Source of the DNA: Candidatus Fermentibacteraceae bacterium
GTDB taxonomy: Bacteria; Fermentibacterota; Fermentibacteria; Fermentibacterales; JCC-6
Assembly (NCBI GenBank): GCA_041686025.1
Contig: JAWLEP010000005.1
Span: 58,513 to 87,003 of the forward strand
Length of the DNA stretch: 28,491 nt
Reading direction: 5' to 3'
Part shown: positions 9,114 to 18,414 of the stretch, in pieces
How positions within the stretch are numbered: the stretch's first letter is position 1
How the letters are laid out: the number at the start of each line of letters is the position of its first letter
Program-made: the position numbers and the translations under genes
The notes under the pieces: model-generated
Seen by the model: only the letters and a program-made list of their open reading frames with translations
The model's database searches: none
Told to the model about the DNA's origin: nothing

Positions 9114-10103
9114 TCACTCTTCCCATTTGACAATCATGCCCGCCCAGGTGAGGCCGGCTCCGAAGGCCGCCAGCACCACATTGCTGGGCGGGGATATTAC
9201 CCCCTCCCTCACCGCCTCGTCCAGGGCTATGGGTATGGAGGCGGCGGAGGTGTTGCCGTACTTCTCTATGTTCACGAATACCTGCTCGGGCTCCAGCCTC
9301 AGCGCCCTGGCAGTGGCGTCGATGATCCGGTAGTTGGCCTGGTGCGAGACCAGAAGGTCCACCTCGGACTTGGGGGTGCCGTCCATCTCCAGGGCCTTGT
9401 TGCAGGAGTCCCGCATGGCCCTGACGGCGTGCTTGAAGGTGTCGTTGCCCTTCATCCAGATGGTGTGCTCGTTGTTGTCCACGGTCTCGTGGCTGGCGGG
9501 CTTGCGGGACCCGCCTCCGGGCTGGATCAGCAGGTCGCCCAGGGAGCCGTTGCTGCCCCAGTGGTATCCTCCCAGAAGCCCCCCCGGGCCCTCCGATGAT
9601 ACGGCGACCGCGCCGGCTCCGTCGCCGAAGAGGACGCAGGTTGTCCGGTCCTCCCAGTTGGTGACCTTGGTGAGGCACTCGGCCCCCAGAACCAGCATCC
9701 TGTCCATTATGCCGGACTCGACCATGGCCCTGGCCTGTATCAGCCCGTATATGAACCCCGAGCAGCCCGCCTCGAAGTCGTAGGCGGGGACGTTGCCCAT
9801 GCCCAGCCTGTCGGCAATTATGGCCGCTGTGGAGGGGAAGTAGTAGTCCGGAGTGACGGTGGCGATTATTACGCCGTCCACGTCTCCGGGCTCCCATCCG
9901 GCCGCCTCTATTGCCAGCCTGCTGGCCTCGAGCGCCAGGTCGGAGGTGGCGGTATCGTCGTCCGTGATTCGCCTCTCCTTGATACCCGTCCGGGTGGTGA
10001 TCCACTCGTCGCTGGTATCGACGATCTTCTCCAGGTCCTTGTTGGTCAGCACCCGATCCGGGACGCTGTGTCCGGTCCCGACGATGTAGGATCTCCTCTG
10101 CAC
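9114..10103 (-). CDS. fabH: 3-oxoacyl-ACP synthase III
   Basis: DTSDEWITTRTGI, AGCSGF, HQAN, YGNTSAASIP (Cys-His-Asn triad). Confidence 0.97.
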   Translation of the reverse strand: MQRRSYIVGTGHSVPDRVLTNKDLEKIVDTSDEWITTRTGIKERRITDDDTATSDLALEASRLAIEAAGWEPGDVDGVIIATVTPDYYFPSTAAIIADRLGMGNVPAYDFEAGCSGFIYGLIQARAMVESGIMDRMLVLGAECLTKVTNWEDRTTCVLFGDGAGAVAVSSEGPGGLLGGYHWGSNGSLGDLLIQPGGGSRKPASHETVDNNEHTIWMKGNDTFKHAVRAMRDSCNKALEMDGTPKSEVDLLVSHQANYRIIDATARALRLEPEQVFVNIEKYGNTSAASIPIALDEAVREGVISPPSNVVLAAFGAGLTWAGMIVKWEE

Positions 10104-10158
10104 TATCTCTCCCGTCCTGTATTGCTGCGGCCCGCTGTCACTCCCGGCCGCAAGGGTC

Positions 10159-11184
10159 TCATGACTGGTCCCTCTCCCCCAGCTCCCGTTCTATCACCTC
10201 GTTGACGCCGCTTCGGTAGAAGTGGCAGGCGGCCCTGATGGCGTTGCAGATAGCCTTTGCGTTGGAGCTGCCGTGGGCCACGATGGACACGCCGTTCAGC
10301 CCCAGCAGAGGAGCGCCTCCGTACTCGGCGGAGTCCAGGCTCCTCCAGAGCTGGCTGAACGCCGGCTTCATCATCAGAAAGCCCGCCCTGGTGAACCAGT
10401 GCCTCCTCATCTCCAGGTATAGCGAGCCCCCGATGAGCTCTGCGATGGACTCGGTGATCTTCAGCAGGATGTTGCCCTCCAGCCCGTCGCAGACCACCAC
10501 GTCGGCCTCGCCCTTCAGCAGCCCGTCCCCCTCTATGTTGCCGGTGAAGTTGAGATCCGTCTCCGCCAGCATCCGGTGGGCTTCCCGGAGGGTGGGGGTG
10601 CCCTTGGTGGGCTCCGACCCCACGTTCAGCAGGGAGACCCGCGGTCTCTCCACGCCGAAGACGCCCCGGGAGTAGGCGGACCCCATGTAGGCGAACTGCT
10701 TCAGCTGAGCCGGCCTGCATCCCACGTTGGCCCCCACGTCCAGGACTACCGTGGGGTCCTTCTCGGAGGGAAGGGTCGCCGCTATGGCCGGCCGGGCGAT
10801 GCCCGGCAGCCGGCCCAGGGCGAACAGGCTGGCGGCCATCATGGCGCCGGTGTTGCCCGGGCTGACCATGGCCTGGGCCACGCCCTTCTTCTGCAACCCC
10901 GCCATCACGGCGATGGAGCTGTGGGGCTTCCGCTTCAGCGCCTCGGCCGGATGCTCGTCCATCCCGATGACCTCGGGGGCGTGGGTTATGTCTATGGGCA
11001 GCCTGGCGCCGTGCCGCCCCAGGTGCCGGGCCAGTACGTCGCGGTCCCCCACCAGGTTGATCCTCACGTCGTCGCTGGTGCCCCTGCGGGTGGCCTCGTA
11101 GAAGGACACAGCACCCCGGACCACCACGGCCGGGCCGTGGTCGCCGCTCATGGCGTCCAGCGCTACGGTAACCCCGGTGCTCAA
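10159..11184 (-). CDS. plsX: Phosphate acyltransferase PlsX
   Basis: ALDAMSGD, GNTGA, LDVGAN, YGGAPLLGLNG...HGSS. Position between rpmF and fabH is typical. Confidence 0.96.
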   Translation of the reverse strand: MSTGVTVALDAMSGDHGPAVVVRGAVSFYEATRRGTSDDVRINLVGDRDVLARHLGRHGARLPIDITHAPEVIGMDEHPAEALKRKPHSSIAVMAGLQKKGVAQAMVSPGNTGAMMAASLFALGRLPGIARPAIAATLPSEKDPTVVLDVGANVGCRPAQLKQFAYMGSAYSRGVFGVERPRVSLLNVGSEPTKGTPTLREAHRMLAETDLNFTGNIEGDGLLKGEADVVVCDGLEGNILLKITESIAELIGGSLYLEMRRHWFTRAGFLMMKPAFSQLWRSLDSAEYGGAPLLGLNGVSIVAHGSSNAKAICNAIRAACHFYRSGVNEVIERELGERDQS

Positions 11185-11203
11185 GAGGCGTCCATCACCG
11201 CTG

Positions 11204-11386
11204 CTACTCCTCCTCCGGCTCCACTACCTGTCTGCCGTCGTAGAAGCCGCAGTGACGGCATACCCTGTGGGGAAGCCTCGGCTCCCCGCACTGGGGGCAC
11301 AGGCTCACCGCCCGCGCCTTGATCTTCCAGTGTGTACGGCCCTTGTCCCTCCGACTGGAGGAGTGCCGTCTCTTCGGTACCGGCAT
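11204..11386 (-). CDS. rpmF: 50S ribosomal protein L32 (zinc-ribbon form)
   Basis: MPVPKRRHS, CPQCG...HRVCRHCGFY. Confidence 0.97.
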   Translation of the reverse strand: MPVPKRRHSSSRRDKGRTHWKIKARAVSLCPQCGEPRLPHRVCRHCGFYDGRQVVEPEEE

Positions 11387-11457
11387 GTCACTGTCCTTTC
11401 CCCCGCGCCCGTGGGCCGGACGCAGGCTGGTATCCCTCCATTGCCGCCCGATACCGG

Positions 11458-11943
11458 TCAGGGACCGTGCGGGCAGCTCTCTTCATTCCAATTACACCCG
11501 CAAACCGGGCATAAACCCTTGCAGTCGGGTACACATAGTGGTTTGCCGGGAACGGAAAGTATCACAGCCTCACGAACCGCGTCAAGTATCGAGAGGTATC
11601 TGTCCCGGCCGGACAGCATTACAACCTCTTCATCGTCCTCCAGCTTGGGGTCTGCGGTGTAGATCCGATAGACCTCCGCGGTCACCGGGAACTCCGCCGC
11701 CCGCAGGCACCGGGCGCACACCGTGCGGAACTCCGCATCCAGGCCGCCCTGCACCACGTAGGTCTGGGGCCGGGCGATGACGCAGAGCCTCAGCAGGCCG
11801 GTCTCCTCCGCGGGCAGGATGTCCTCGTCCAGGTCCCACGGCACGGCCATCATGCTCAGCTCCACCGTGTCGCGGTTCTCCCCCCGCGATAGGGACGCCG
11901 TGTCCAGCTCCAGCTTCACCGGGTCGACCTTCAAGGCGGTCAC
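11458..11943 (-). CDS. yceD: YceD/DUF177 family protein
   Basis: CARCL and PLCVPDCKGLCPVCG motifs; directly upstream of rpmF. Confidence 0.9.
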   Translation of the reverse strand: MTALKVDPVKLELDTASLSRGENRDTVELSMMAVPWDLDEDILPAEETGLLRLCVIARPQTYVVQGGLDAEFRTVCARCLRAAEFPVTAEVYRIYTADPKLEDDEEVVMLSGRDRYLSILDAVREAVILSVPGKPLCVPDCKGLCPVCGCNWNEESCPHGP

Positions 11944-13343
11944 TCCCCCCCTGCGAGCAGGGAATCGAACCAGTCGCAGAGCTGCTGCATCTCCCCGCGG
12001 GAGGGCGCCTCTACGTATATCCTGGCCAGGGGCTCGGTGCCGCTGAGCCTCACCAGCACCCAGCAGCCGCCCTCCAGGTCCAGTCGTACGCCGTCCCGGC
12101 GGTCCTCGCTTATCACGCTTCGTCCGGCCACCGCATCCGGCGTGGACTGCAGAAACTCCTCCCGGACAAGGCCCCGCGTCTCCTCCGTCAGCGGAAGGTC
12201 GATCCTGGTGTCGTAGAGCCTTCCGTAACGGCTCCAGAGCCCCGCAAGCTGCTCGGCGAGGCCCCGCCCCGCGGCTGCGGTGATCTCCGAGGCCAGCAGG
12301 CAGGCCAGGATCCCGTCCTTCTCCGGGACGTGGCCCCCGATGGACAGCCCTCCGCTCTCCTCCCCGGCCAGCAGCACGCCGCCCTGCAGCATCCTGGCCC
12401 CCAGGTGCTTGAATCCCACCGGGGTTACCTCCACGTCCAGTCCGTGCTCGGAGGCTACCCGGTCCAGGAGGCTTCCGGTGGACACCGAGCGGACAACGGT
12501 GCCCTCCATTCCCCTCTCCTCCACCAGGTACTCCAGGAGCAGGGGGAGATAGTCGTGGGGGCTCACGTATGCCCCGTCCTCCGCCACCAGACCGAAGCGG
12601 TCGGCGTCGCCGTCGTTGGCCAGACCTATGGAGGCGCCGCTGCGGACCACCTGCTCGGAGAGCTGGGCAAGCCCCGCCTCGTTGGGCTCGGGGTGCTGTC
12701 GGCCGGCGAAGAGCGGGTCCCGGGGTCCGTTGATCACCCGCACTGCCGCCCCCAGCTCCTGCAGCATTCGGTCCAGGACCCCGTATCCGGTGCCGGTGAA
12801 GGGGTCGTACACCGCGCGCAGGCCGGAGTCCGCGAAGGAAGCGGTATCCAGGTGCTTCAGCAGGGCATCCCGGAAACCGGGGATCAGGTCCCTCTCCTCC
12901 ACGCTGCCGGCGCCCCTGGCCGGAGCCGTGCCCCGGGCGTAGAGCTCCTCCACCCGGGATGTTACCCCGCCGGGGGCCGGGCCTCCGTGGCCGGGGGAGA
13001 ACTTTATCCCGTTGTACATGGGAGGGTTGTGGCTGGCGGTGAAGTTGATGATGCCGTCGAGGTCCATGGAGCGGGCGGCGTGGGAGAGGGCGGGGGTGGG
13101 AACGGGCCTGTCGGCCAGCACCACCCGGAGGCCGTAGCCCGCCATCCGCTCGGCGGCGGAGGTGGCCAGCTCGGGAGAGAGGAAGCGGGTGTCGCCGCCC
13201 ACCGCCACGCCGCTGCCGCCGTCGGAGATGATCATGGCGGCTATGGCGTCCACCACCCGGTCCACGCGGTCCCAGGTGAAGTCCCTGGCGATGATGCCCC
13301 TCCAGCCGGAGGTCCCGAACCTGATGGTTTCCGCGTCGCTCAT
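11940..13343 (-). CDS. Phosphoglucomutase/phosphomannomutase family protein
   Basis: FGTSGWRG, TASHNP, DGDADR, GEESGG, RLSGTEP. ATGA overlap with the ctpA stop. Confidence 0.93.
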   Translation of the reverse strand: MSDAETIRFGTSGWRGIIARDFTWDRVDRVVDAIAAMIISDGGSGVAVGGDTRFLSPELATSAAERMAGYGLRVVLADRPVPTPALSHAARSMDLDGIINFTASHNPPMYNGIKFSPGHGGPAPGGVTSRVEELYARGTAPARGAGSVEERDLIPGFRDALLKHLDTASFADSGLRAVYDPFTGTGYGVLDRMLQELGAAVRVINGPRDPLFAGRQHPEPNEAGLAQLSEQVVRSGASIGLANDGDADRFGLVAEDGAYVSPHDYLPLLLEYLVEERGMEGTVVRSVSTGSLLDRVASEHGLDVEVTPVGFKHLGARMLQGGVLLAGEESGGLSIGGHVPEKDGILACLLASEITAAAGRGLAEQLAGLWSRYGRLYDTRIDLPLTEETRGLVREEFLQSTPDAVAGRSVISEDRRDGVRLDLEGGCWVLVRLSGTEPLARIYVEAPSRGEMQQLCDWFDSLLAGGE

Positions 13344-14809
13344 GACTCCCCCCTCAGTACGTCCAGGGCCGCCTGTATGTACTCGTCGTGGGGAGATACC
13401 GCACGGTAGTAGGCCTCCATGCTCCACATCCGCAGGGCGATCTCCCGGAAGAGGGCCCTTTCCACGTACGAGGTGCTCTGCGCCAGCTCCTGGGGGTCGT
13501 AATAGAAATCCTCCTCCTCCAGGAAGTCGGTGAACTCGGCCATCACCTGCTGGTCGGGCCAGAAGCCGTCGGGCACATCGTGGGTGGTGGTGTACCTCCG
13601 GGCGAACTTGAAGAAGAGTGCCTCACGCTCCAGCTCCAGCATCAGCCCGCCGCTGACCTCCGGGATCTCCACCTCGACGTCGGGGGCTATTCCCCAGGTC
13701 TCCTCCGCGTCGGGGTCCATGAAGTCCTCATGCATTGTGCGGTCGATGCCGTGCCCGCTGGGCGTGTAGTAGCGGGCGGTGGTGAGCTTGACCGCGTATT
13801 GGCCCAGCCCCGGGTAGTCTCCCAGCTCGGAGAGGTTCTGGACCGAACCCTTGCCGAAGGTCCTGGTCCCCACCACGGTGGCCCTTCCGTTGTCCTTCAG
13901 GGCCCCGGCCACGATCTCGGAGGAGCTGGCGCTTCCGCCGTCCACCAGCACCACCAGGTCACCGCTGTAGAGGACTCCCCTCTGGGCGGAGTAGCTCCTC
14001 TCGCCCACGGCCTTGCCCCTGGTGGACACCACCGGGGCCCCGGCCGGGAGGAAGATGTCCGAGACCTCCACCGCCGGCAGGAACAGCCCTCCCGAGTTTC
14101 CGCGGAGGTCGAGTATGAGGGAACCGGCGCCCTGGGAGCGCAGTGTGTCTATCTCCCCGTAGAGGTCGCGGGCGGACTCCTGCGAGAAGCGGGAGAGCCG
14201 GATGTACCCCACCGAGTCGTCCATCATGAATGCGCTGGAGACAGAGGGGTAGTCGATCACTCCCCGCTCTATGTCGAACTCCAGGGAGTCCCTGACCCCC
14301 GCCCTGATCACGGTGAGCTCCACCACTGTGTCCTTGGGTCCGCGGATCTGCGACACAGCGTCCTGGGTGGTGATCCCCTCGGTGGACTCCCCGTCTATCT
14401 GGACTATCCTGTCGCCCCCGCGCATGCCGGCGCGGTGGGCGGGAGTGCCCTCCAGGGGGGATATCACAGTCAGCCAGCCCTCCCGCTGGCCGATGGTGAT
14501 GCCCACGCCTTCGAAGCTGCCCTGCAGCTGTATCTGGAGGTTCTCGAACTCGTCCGGAGTCAGCAGGACGCTGTTGGGGTCCAGCGACTGCAGCATGCCC
14601 TCCAGCGCCGCCTCGATCAGCTCGGCCGATTCCAGGGAGTCCACGTAGGAGACCCGGGTCATGGAGTAGACGTCCAGGAAGAGCTCCAGCGAGGAGGACC
14701 TTTCGGTGGCGGTCTCGGCGCTCACGGAGGGAATGGCCAGGAATCCCGCCAGTACCAGTGTCATGGAAGCCAGCAGCATGGAGGCCCAGCTGGGTATCAC
14801 CTTCCTCAT
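13340..14809 (-). CDS. ctpA: S41 family carboxy-terminal processing protease
   Basis: Signal peptide, PDZ domain (GVGI...GDRI), DLRGNSGG, SASSSEI, TFGKGSVQ, TARYYTPSG. Confidence 0.93.
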   Translation of the reverse strand: MRKVIPSWASMLLASMTLVLAGFLAIPSVSAETATERSSSLELFLDVYSMTRVSYVDSLESAELIEAALEGMLQSLDPNSVLLTPDEFENLQIQLQGSFEGVGITIGQREGWLTVISPLEGTPAHRAGMRGGDRIVQIDGESTEGITTQDAVSQIRGPKDTVVELTVIRAGVRDSLEFDIERGVIDYPSVSSAFMMDDSVGYIRLSRFSQESARDLYGEIDTLRSQGAGSLILDLRGNSGGLFLPAVEVSDIFLPAGAPVVSTRGKAVGERSYSAQRGVLYSGDLVVLVDGGSASSSEIVAGALKDNGRATVVGTRTFGKGSVQNLSELGDYPGLGQYAVKLTTARYYTPSGHGIDRTMHEDFMDPDAEETWGIAPDVEVEIPEVSGGLMLELEREALFFKFARRYTTTHDVPDGFWPDQQVMAEFTDFLEEEDFYYDPQELAQSTSYVERALFREIALRMWSMEAYYRAVSPHDEYIQAALDVLRGES

Positions 14810-14859
14810 ATCACATCAGCCCTTCGGTGTGTCATGTTCCTCTGAGTACATTCGAACAT

Positions 14860-15516
14860 CTACTCCAGCAATTCCCGCACAACGCGCAGTATCATCCGGT
14901 CCTGCTCGTCCCCGGGCAGCCGGCCGTCAACCAGCAGGAAGCGGTCCTCCCCGGATGCCAGCTCCAGGTAGTAGCGTCGCACGCGGCGATGGAACTCCAG
15001 GGATTCCATCTCTATCCGGTCCCGCTGCCGGCCCTGGCGCCCCAGCCTGGCCAGGCCGGTCTCCGGGCTCAGGTCCAGGAGGATGGTCAGGTCGGGGACC
15101 AGGCCTCCGGTGGCCAGGGCGTTCGCCCGCCTCACCGGCTCCTCCGGCAGGCCCCTGCCTCCCACCTGGTAGGCCATGGTGGCGTCCGAGTACCTCTCGC
15201 AGACCACCACCTCGCCCCTGGCCAGGGCCGGACGGACCACCAGGTCCACGTTGGCGGCCCTGGAGGCCAGGTAGAGCATGACCTCCGTCATGGGAGATAT
15301 CTCCAGGCCGGGATCGAGCAGGAGGCTGCGCACCCCCTCCGCTACGGGAGGCCCTCCAGGCTCTCGAGTATGCTCAGCTGGCATACCGAGACTCTGGAGA
15401 GCCTCCAGCAGAACCCGGCACCTGGTTGTCTTTCCGGCTCCCTCGACGCCCTCGAAGGTTACGAAGAGGCCGGAATCTCCACTACTTCTTGTCCTGCTTG
15501 GTCTTCTTTTCCCCAC
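14860..15516 (-). CDS. tmk: Thymidylate kinase
   Basis: [39 protein letters not shown]. The only canonical start overlaps the ino1 3' end by 35 nt. Confidence 0.95.
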   Translation of the reverse strand: MGKRRPSRTRSSGDSGLFVTFEGVEGAGKTTRCRVLLEALQSLGMPAEHTREPGGPPVAEGVRSLLLDPGLEISPMTEVMLYLASRAANVDLVVRPALARGEVVVCERYSDATMAYQVGGRGLPEEPVRRANALATGGLVPDLTILLDLSPETGLARLGRQGRQRDRIEMESLEFHRRVRRYYLELASGEDRFLLVDGRLPGDEQDRMILRVVRELLE

Positions 15517-16612
15517 CCTCGCTCTTCTTCTTGTCTATCGCGTACTTGGCGATGTACTCCTCTGTGAGACGCTTGCACTCGTCATCGTAGTACTGGACCG
15601 GGGGTGACTTGAAGAAGTAGGACGAGGGGGCTTCGATGGCGCCGGAGAGGCCGTTGTCCATGGCCAGCTTGGCGCAGCGCACCGCGTCGATGATCACTCC
15701 GGCTGAGTTGGGGCTGTCCCAGACCTCCAGCTTGGCCTCGATGTTCAGCGGCGCCTCACCGAAGCTGGTGCCCTCCATGCGGATGTAGCACCACTTGCGG
15801 TCGTCCAGCCACTCGATGTAGTCGCTGGGGCCTATGTGGACGTTCCTGGGCGCCATCCCTCCGGGTATCTGGGAGGTTACGGCGTTGGTCTTGGATATCT
15901 TCTTGGACTCCAGGCGCTCGCGCTCGAGCATGTTGAGGAAGTCGGTGTTTCCGCCCACGTTCAGCTGGTAGGTCCTGTCCAGCCTCACTCCCCTGTCCTC
16001 GTAGAGCCTGGTCATCACGCGGTGGAGTATGGTGGCGCCCACCTGGCTCTTGATATCGTCTCCCATGACGGGCAGGCCGTGGTCCCGGAACCGCTTCTGC
16101 CAGTAGGGCTCGCGGGCGATGAACACGGGAATGGCGTTCACGAAGGCGCATCCCGCCTCCAGTATCTGCTCCACGTACCACTTGGTGGCCATCTCGCTGC
16201 CCACGGGGAGGTAGCTGACCACCACGTCGGTCTTGGTCTCCTTCAGTATCTTTACGATGTCGTCGGTGGGGCCCGGAGCCTTCTTGATGACGGGCTTGAG
16301 GTACTTGCCGAGACCGTCGTGGGTCATTCCCCGGCCCACCTTGACCCCCAGCTTGGGGACGTCACAGATCTTCATGGTGCAGTTGGGCTCGGCGAATATG
16401 GCCTTGCTGAGGTCCTTGCCCACCTTGGTGGCGTTGATATCGAAGGCGGCGCTGAACTCCACGTCGCTTATGTGGTATCCGCCCAGATTGACATGCATCA
16501 GACCCGGTATGTCGTCGCCGTCCTTGGCGTCCTTGTAGTACTCGACGCCCTGCACCAGGCTGCTTGCGCAGTTACCTACTCCTATGATCGCAACACGAAC
16601 CTTCTTGCTCAT
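15482..16612 (-). CDS. ino1: myo-inositol-1-phosphate synthase
   Basis: [55 protein letters not shown]. Confidence 0.96.
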   Translation of the reverse strand: MSKKVRVAIIGVGNCASSLVQGVEYYKDAKDGDDIPGLMHVNLGGYHISDVEFSAAFDINATKVGKDLSKAIFAEPNCTMKICDVPKLGVKVGRGMTHDGLGKYLKPVIKKAPGPTDDIVKILKETKTDVVVSYLPVGSEMATKWYVEQILEAGCAFVNAIPVFIAREPYWQKRFRDHGLPVMGDDIKSQVGATILHRVMTRLYEDRGVRLDRTYQLNVGGNTDFLNMLERERLESKKISKTNAVTSQIPGGMAPRNVHIGPSDYIEWLDDRKWCYIRMEGTSFGEAPLNIEAKLEVWDSPNSAGVIIDAVRCAKLAMDNGLSGAIEAPSSYFFKSPPVQYYDDECKRLTEEYIAKYAIDKKKSEGGEKKTKQDKK

Positions 16613-16678
16613 CAATCCCTCCTCAGCAGGGCAACCCGCCGCACGCAGGGCCGGGTCCCGCAGTTGGACAGCGCCTTG

Positions 16679-17275
16679 CTAGTCCCTGTCCTCGCTGTAG
16701 ACCTTTGCAAGCCTCTGCCCGGCCGTAAACAATGATCCCGCGGCTATTGCAGCCGTCGCGTATACCATCCAGACCATGCCGGCCAGGCTCGCCAGGACAA
16801 GGCCGGCTATCGTCAGAACGAGCCGCTCGGTTCGGGTGAAAATACCCACCGAGCAGGAAATCCCCTCTCCCTCGGCCCTGGCCCGGACGTAGCTGACGAG
16901 AAACGACCCTCCGATGGCCAGGGGAATAAGGTAGAGCATAAGATCATATCGACTGCCAATCTCACTGACAAGAACCGCACCCAGCACCAGGATCTCGCCC
17001 ACCCGGTCGGCCACCGAGTCCAGCACCGCCCCGGACCTGCTCTCGGTCCTCCGCAGCCTGGCTATGCCGCCGTCCACCGCGTCCAGCACGCTTCCCAGGA
17101 GGAGAAATACCGCCCCGGCCAGGTACTCGCCTTTCACTACGGCGAAGGCCGACACCCCGGTTATCACCAGCCCGGTGATCGTTACCGCCGTGGGGCTGAC
17201 TCCGATACGGGAGAGGAACTTCACTGCTGGATCCAGCAGCTTCCTGCCGGCACTCCTGATCCTGTCCTGCGTCAA
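16679..17275 (-). CDS. CDP-alcohol phosphatidyltransferase, probable phosphatidylinositol-phosphate synthase
   Basis: DAVDGGIAR...GAVLDSVADR signature, SYVRARAE and GIFTRTER; adjacent to ino1. Confidence 0.88.
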   Translation of the reverse strand: MTQDRIRSAGRKLLDPAVKFLSRIGVSPTAVTITGLVITGVSAFAVVKGEYLAGAVFLLLGSVLDAVDGGIARLRRTESRSGAVLDSVADRVGEILVLGAVLVSEIGSRYDLMLYLIPLAIGGSFLVSYVRARAEGEGISCSVGIFTRTERLVLTIAGLVLASLAGMVWMVYATAAIAAGSLFTAGQRLAKVYSEDRD

Positions 17276-17308
17276 GGTGCCTCCAGACCGTCCGTGAGAG
17301 TACCGCCA

Positions 17309-17337
17309 ACAATAGAGCCGACCATTGTTACCGTCAA
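17309..17337 (-). promoter_or_regulatory. Putative sigma70 promoter for the phosphatidyltransferase-ino1 unit
   Basis: TTGACG-N17-TATTGT immediately after the rsmI stop; GGAGG SD before TTG at 17275. Confidence 0.65.
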
Positions 17338-18018
17338 TCAGCCCCGCCCGCCGCCCTCCACCAGCAGCGTGATCTCACCCCGGGGCTTCCGCCGTGCGAA
17401 CTCCTCCGCCAGCTCTGTCAGCCTTCCGCGGGCGTACTCCTCGTGCATCTTCGTAAGCTCCCTGGCCACACAGGCTCTCCTGTCGCCCATCGTCTCCGCG
17501 GTCTCCCGAAGCTGTCGCAGAAGATGATGGGGTCCAACGAAGTAGATGAGGGTCCCCGGGTACTCGGCCATCTCGCGAAGCCTGGCCAGCCGCTTGCCCT
17601 TCTTCCGGGGCAGGAAGCCCTCGAAGCAGAAGCGGTCCACCGGCAGCCCCGATCCGGCCAGGGCCGTGGTCACCGCCGACGGCCCCGGAACCACGGTCAC
17701 CTCCGCCCCCACGTCCAGGGCCGCCCTGACCGCCCGAAAGCTGGGGTCGGAGATCCCCGGCATTCCCGCATCCGTCACCAGGGCCAGGGTCAGCCCCCGC
17801 CGGAGCATCTCCCCTATTCGGGGCACCATCTCCCTGGCGTTGTGGTCGTGGTAGCTGGTCATCCTGCAGCCCCGGGGAGCTATCTTCGCAGACCTGCGGG
17901 TATCCTCCGCCAGCACCACGTCGGCCCCTTCCAGGGCCCTGCGCACCCGGGGGGAGAGGTCGTCCAGGTTTCCGATGGGGGTGGCCACCAGAACCAGCTT
18001 TCCCTCAGCCCGCTCCAC
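17338..18018 (-). CDS. rsmI: 16S rRNA (cytidine1402-2'-O)-methyltransferase
   Basis: LVATPIGNLDD, AEDTR, DAGMPGISDP, FEGFLP, RELTKMHEE. Confidence 0.95.
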   Translation of the reverse strand: MERAEGKLVLVATPIGNLDDLSPRVRRALEGADVVLAEDTRRSAKIAPRGCRMTSYHDHNAREMVPRIGEMLRRGLTLALVTDAGMPGISDPSFRAVRAALDVGAEVTVVPGPSAVTTALAGSGLPVDRFCFEGFLPRKKGKRLARLREMAEYPGTLIYFVGPHHLLRQLRETAETMGDRRACVARELTKMHEEYARGRLTELAEEFARRKPRGEITLLVEGGGRG

Positions 18019-18238
18019 CGCCGGAACCCTCCGTCCGCTCCCGCAGCCTGCGCTGCAGCTCTCCTATCCTCCGCCTGCGGGTCTCCGTCTCCTCGGGGTC
18101 AGGCTCCAGGGTCACGGCCAGCACGTCGCCCTCCTCCGTCCCCTCCGGCAGCAGCTCCGCCGGCAGCAGCCAGCGGTGGGCCTCCCGGCTGAGAAGGACG
18201 GCGATGTCTCCCTCGATCCTGTCAACGCTGACGTGCAT
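18005..18238 (-). CDS. DUF3006-like small protein
   Basis: VDRIEGDIAVL...LPEGTEEGDVL...ETETRRRRI pattern. Alternative start at 18256. Confidence 0.75.
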   Translation of the reverse strand: MHVSVDRIEGDIAVLLSREAHRWLLPAELLPEGTEEGDVLAVTLEPDPEETETRRRRIGELQRRLRERTEGSGGGAG

Positions 18239-18297
18239 CCTTGTCCTGCTCGGCATCTGCGCCTCCCGTGCTGCCGGCCATCCGCTCGCTCAGGGGG

Positions 18298-18326
18298 AAG
18301 ATAGGCAAACCGACTCCCCTTCCCAA
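18298..18326 (-). promoter_or_regulatory. Putative sigma70 promoter for DUF3006-rsmI
   Basis: TTGGGA-N17-TATCTT, just outside the left inverted repeat. Confidence 0.4.
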
Positions 18327-18332
18327 CGCCCC

Positions 18333-18374
18333 ATTCAAGTGCCAGGCACTTGAATTGAACGGTGCTCGGGTAGG
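18333..18374. repeat. Left inverted repeat copy, overlapping a perfect 23-bp palindrome
   Basis: ATTCAAGTGCC-A-GGCACTTGAAT at 18333-18355. Bases 18339-18364 are the exact reverse complement of 20589-20614. Confidence 0.9.
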
Positions 18375-18414
18375 TTATTGCCGGCCGGTGTCGCGGGATC
18401 ACAGGCGGGAAGGG

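Noticed and set aside
17338..18018. Short RsmI (226 aa) as a pseudogene
   Set aside because: All methyltransferase motifs are intact; only the variable C-terminal extension is absent.
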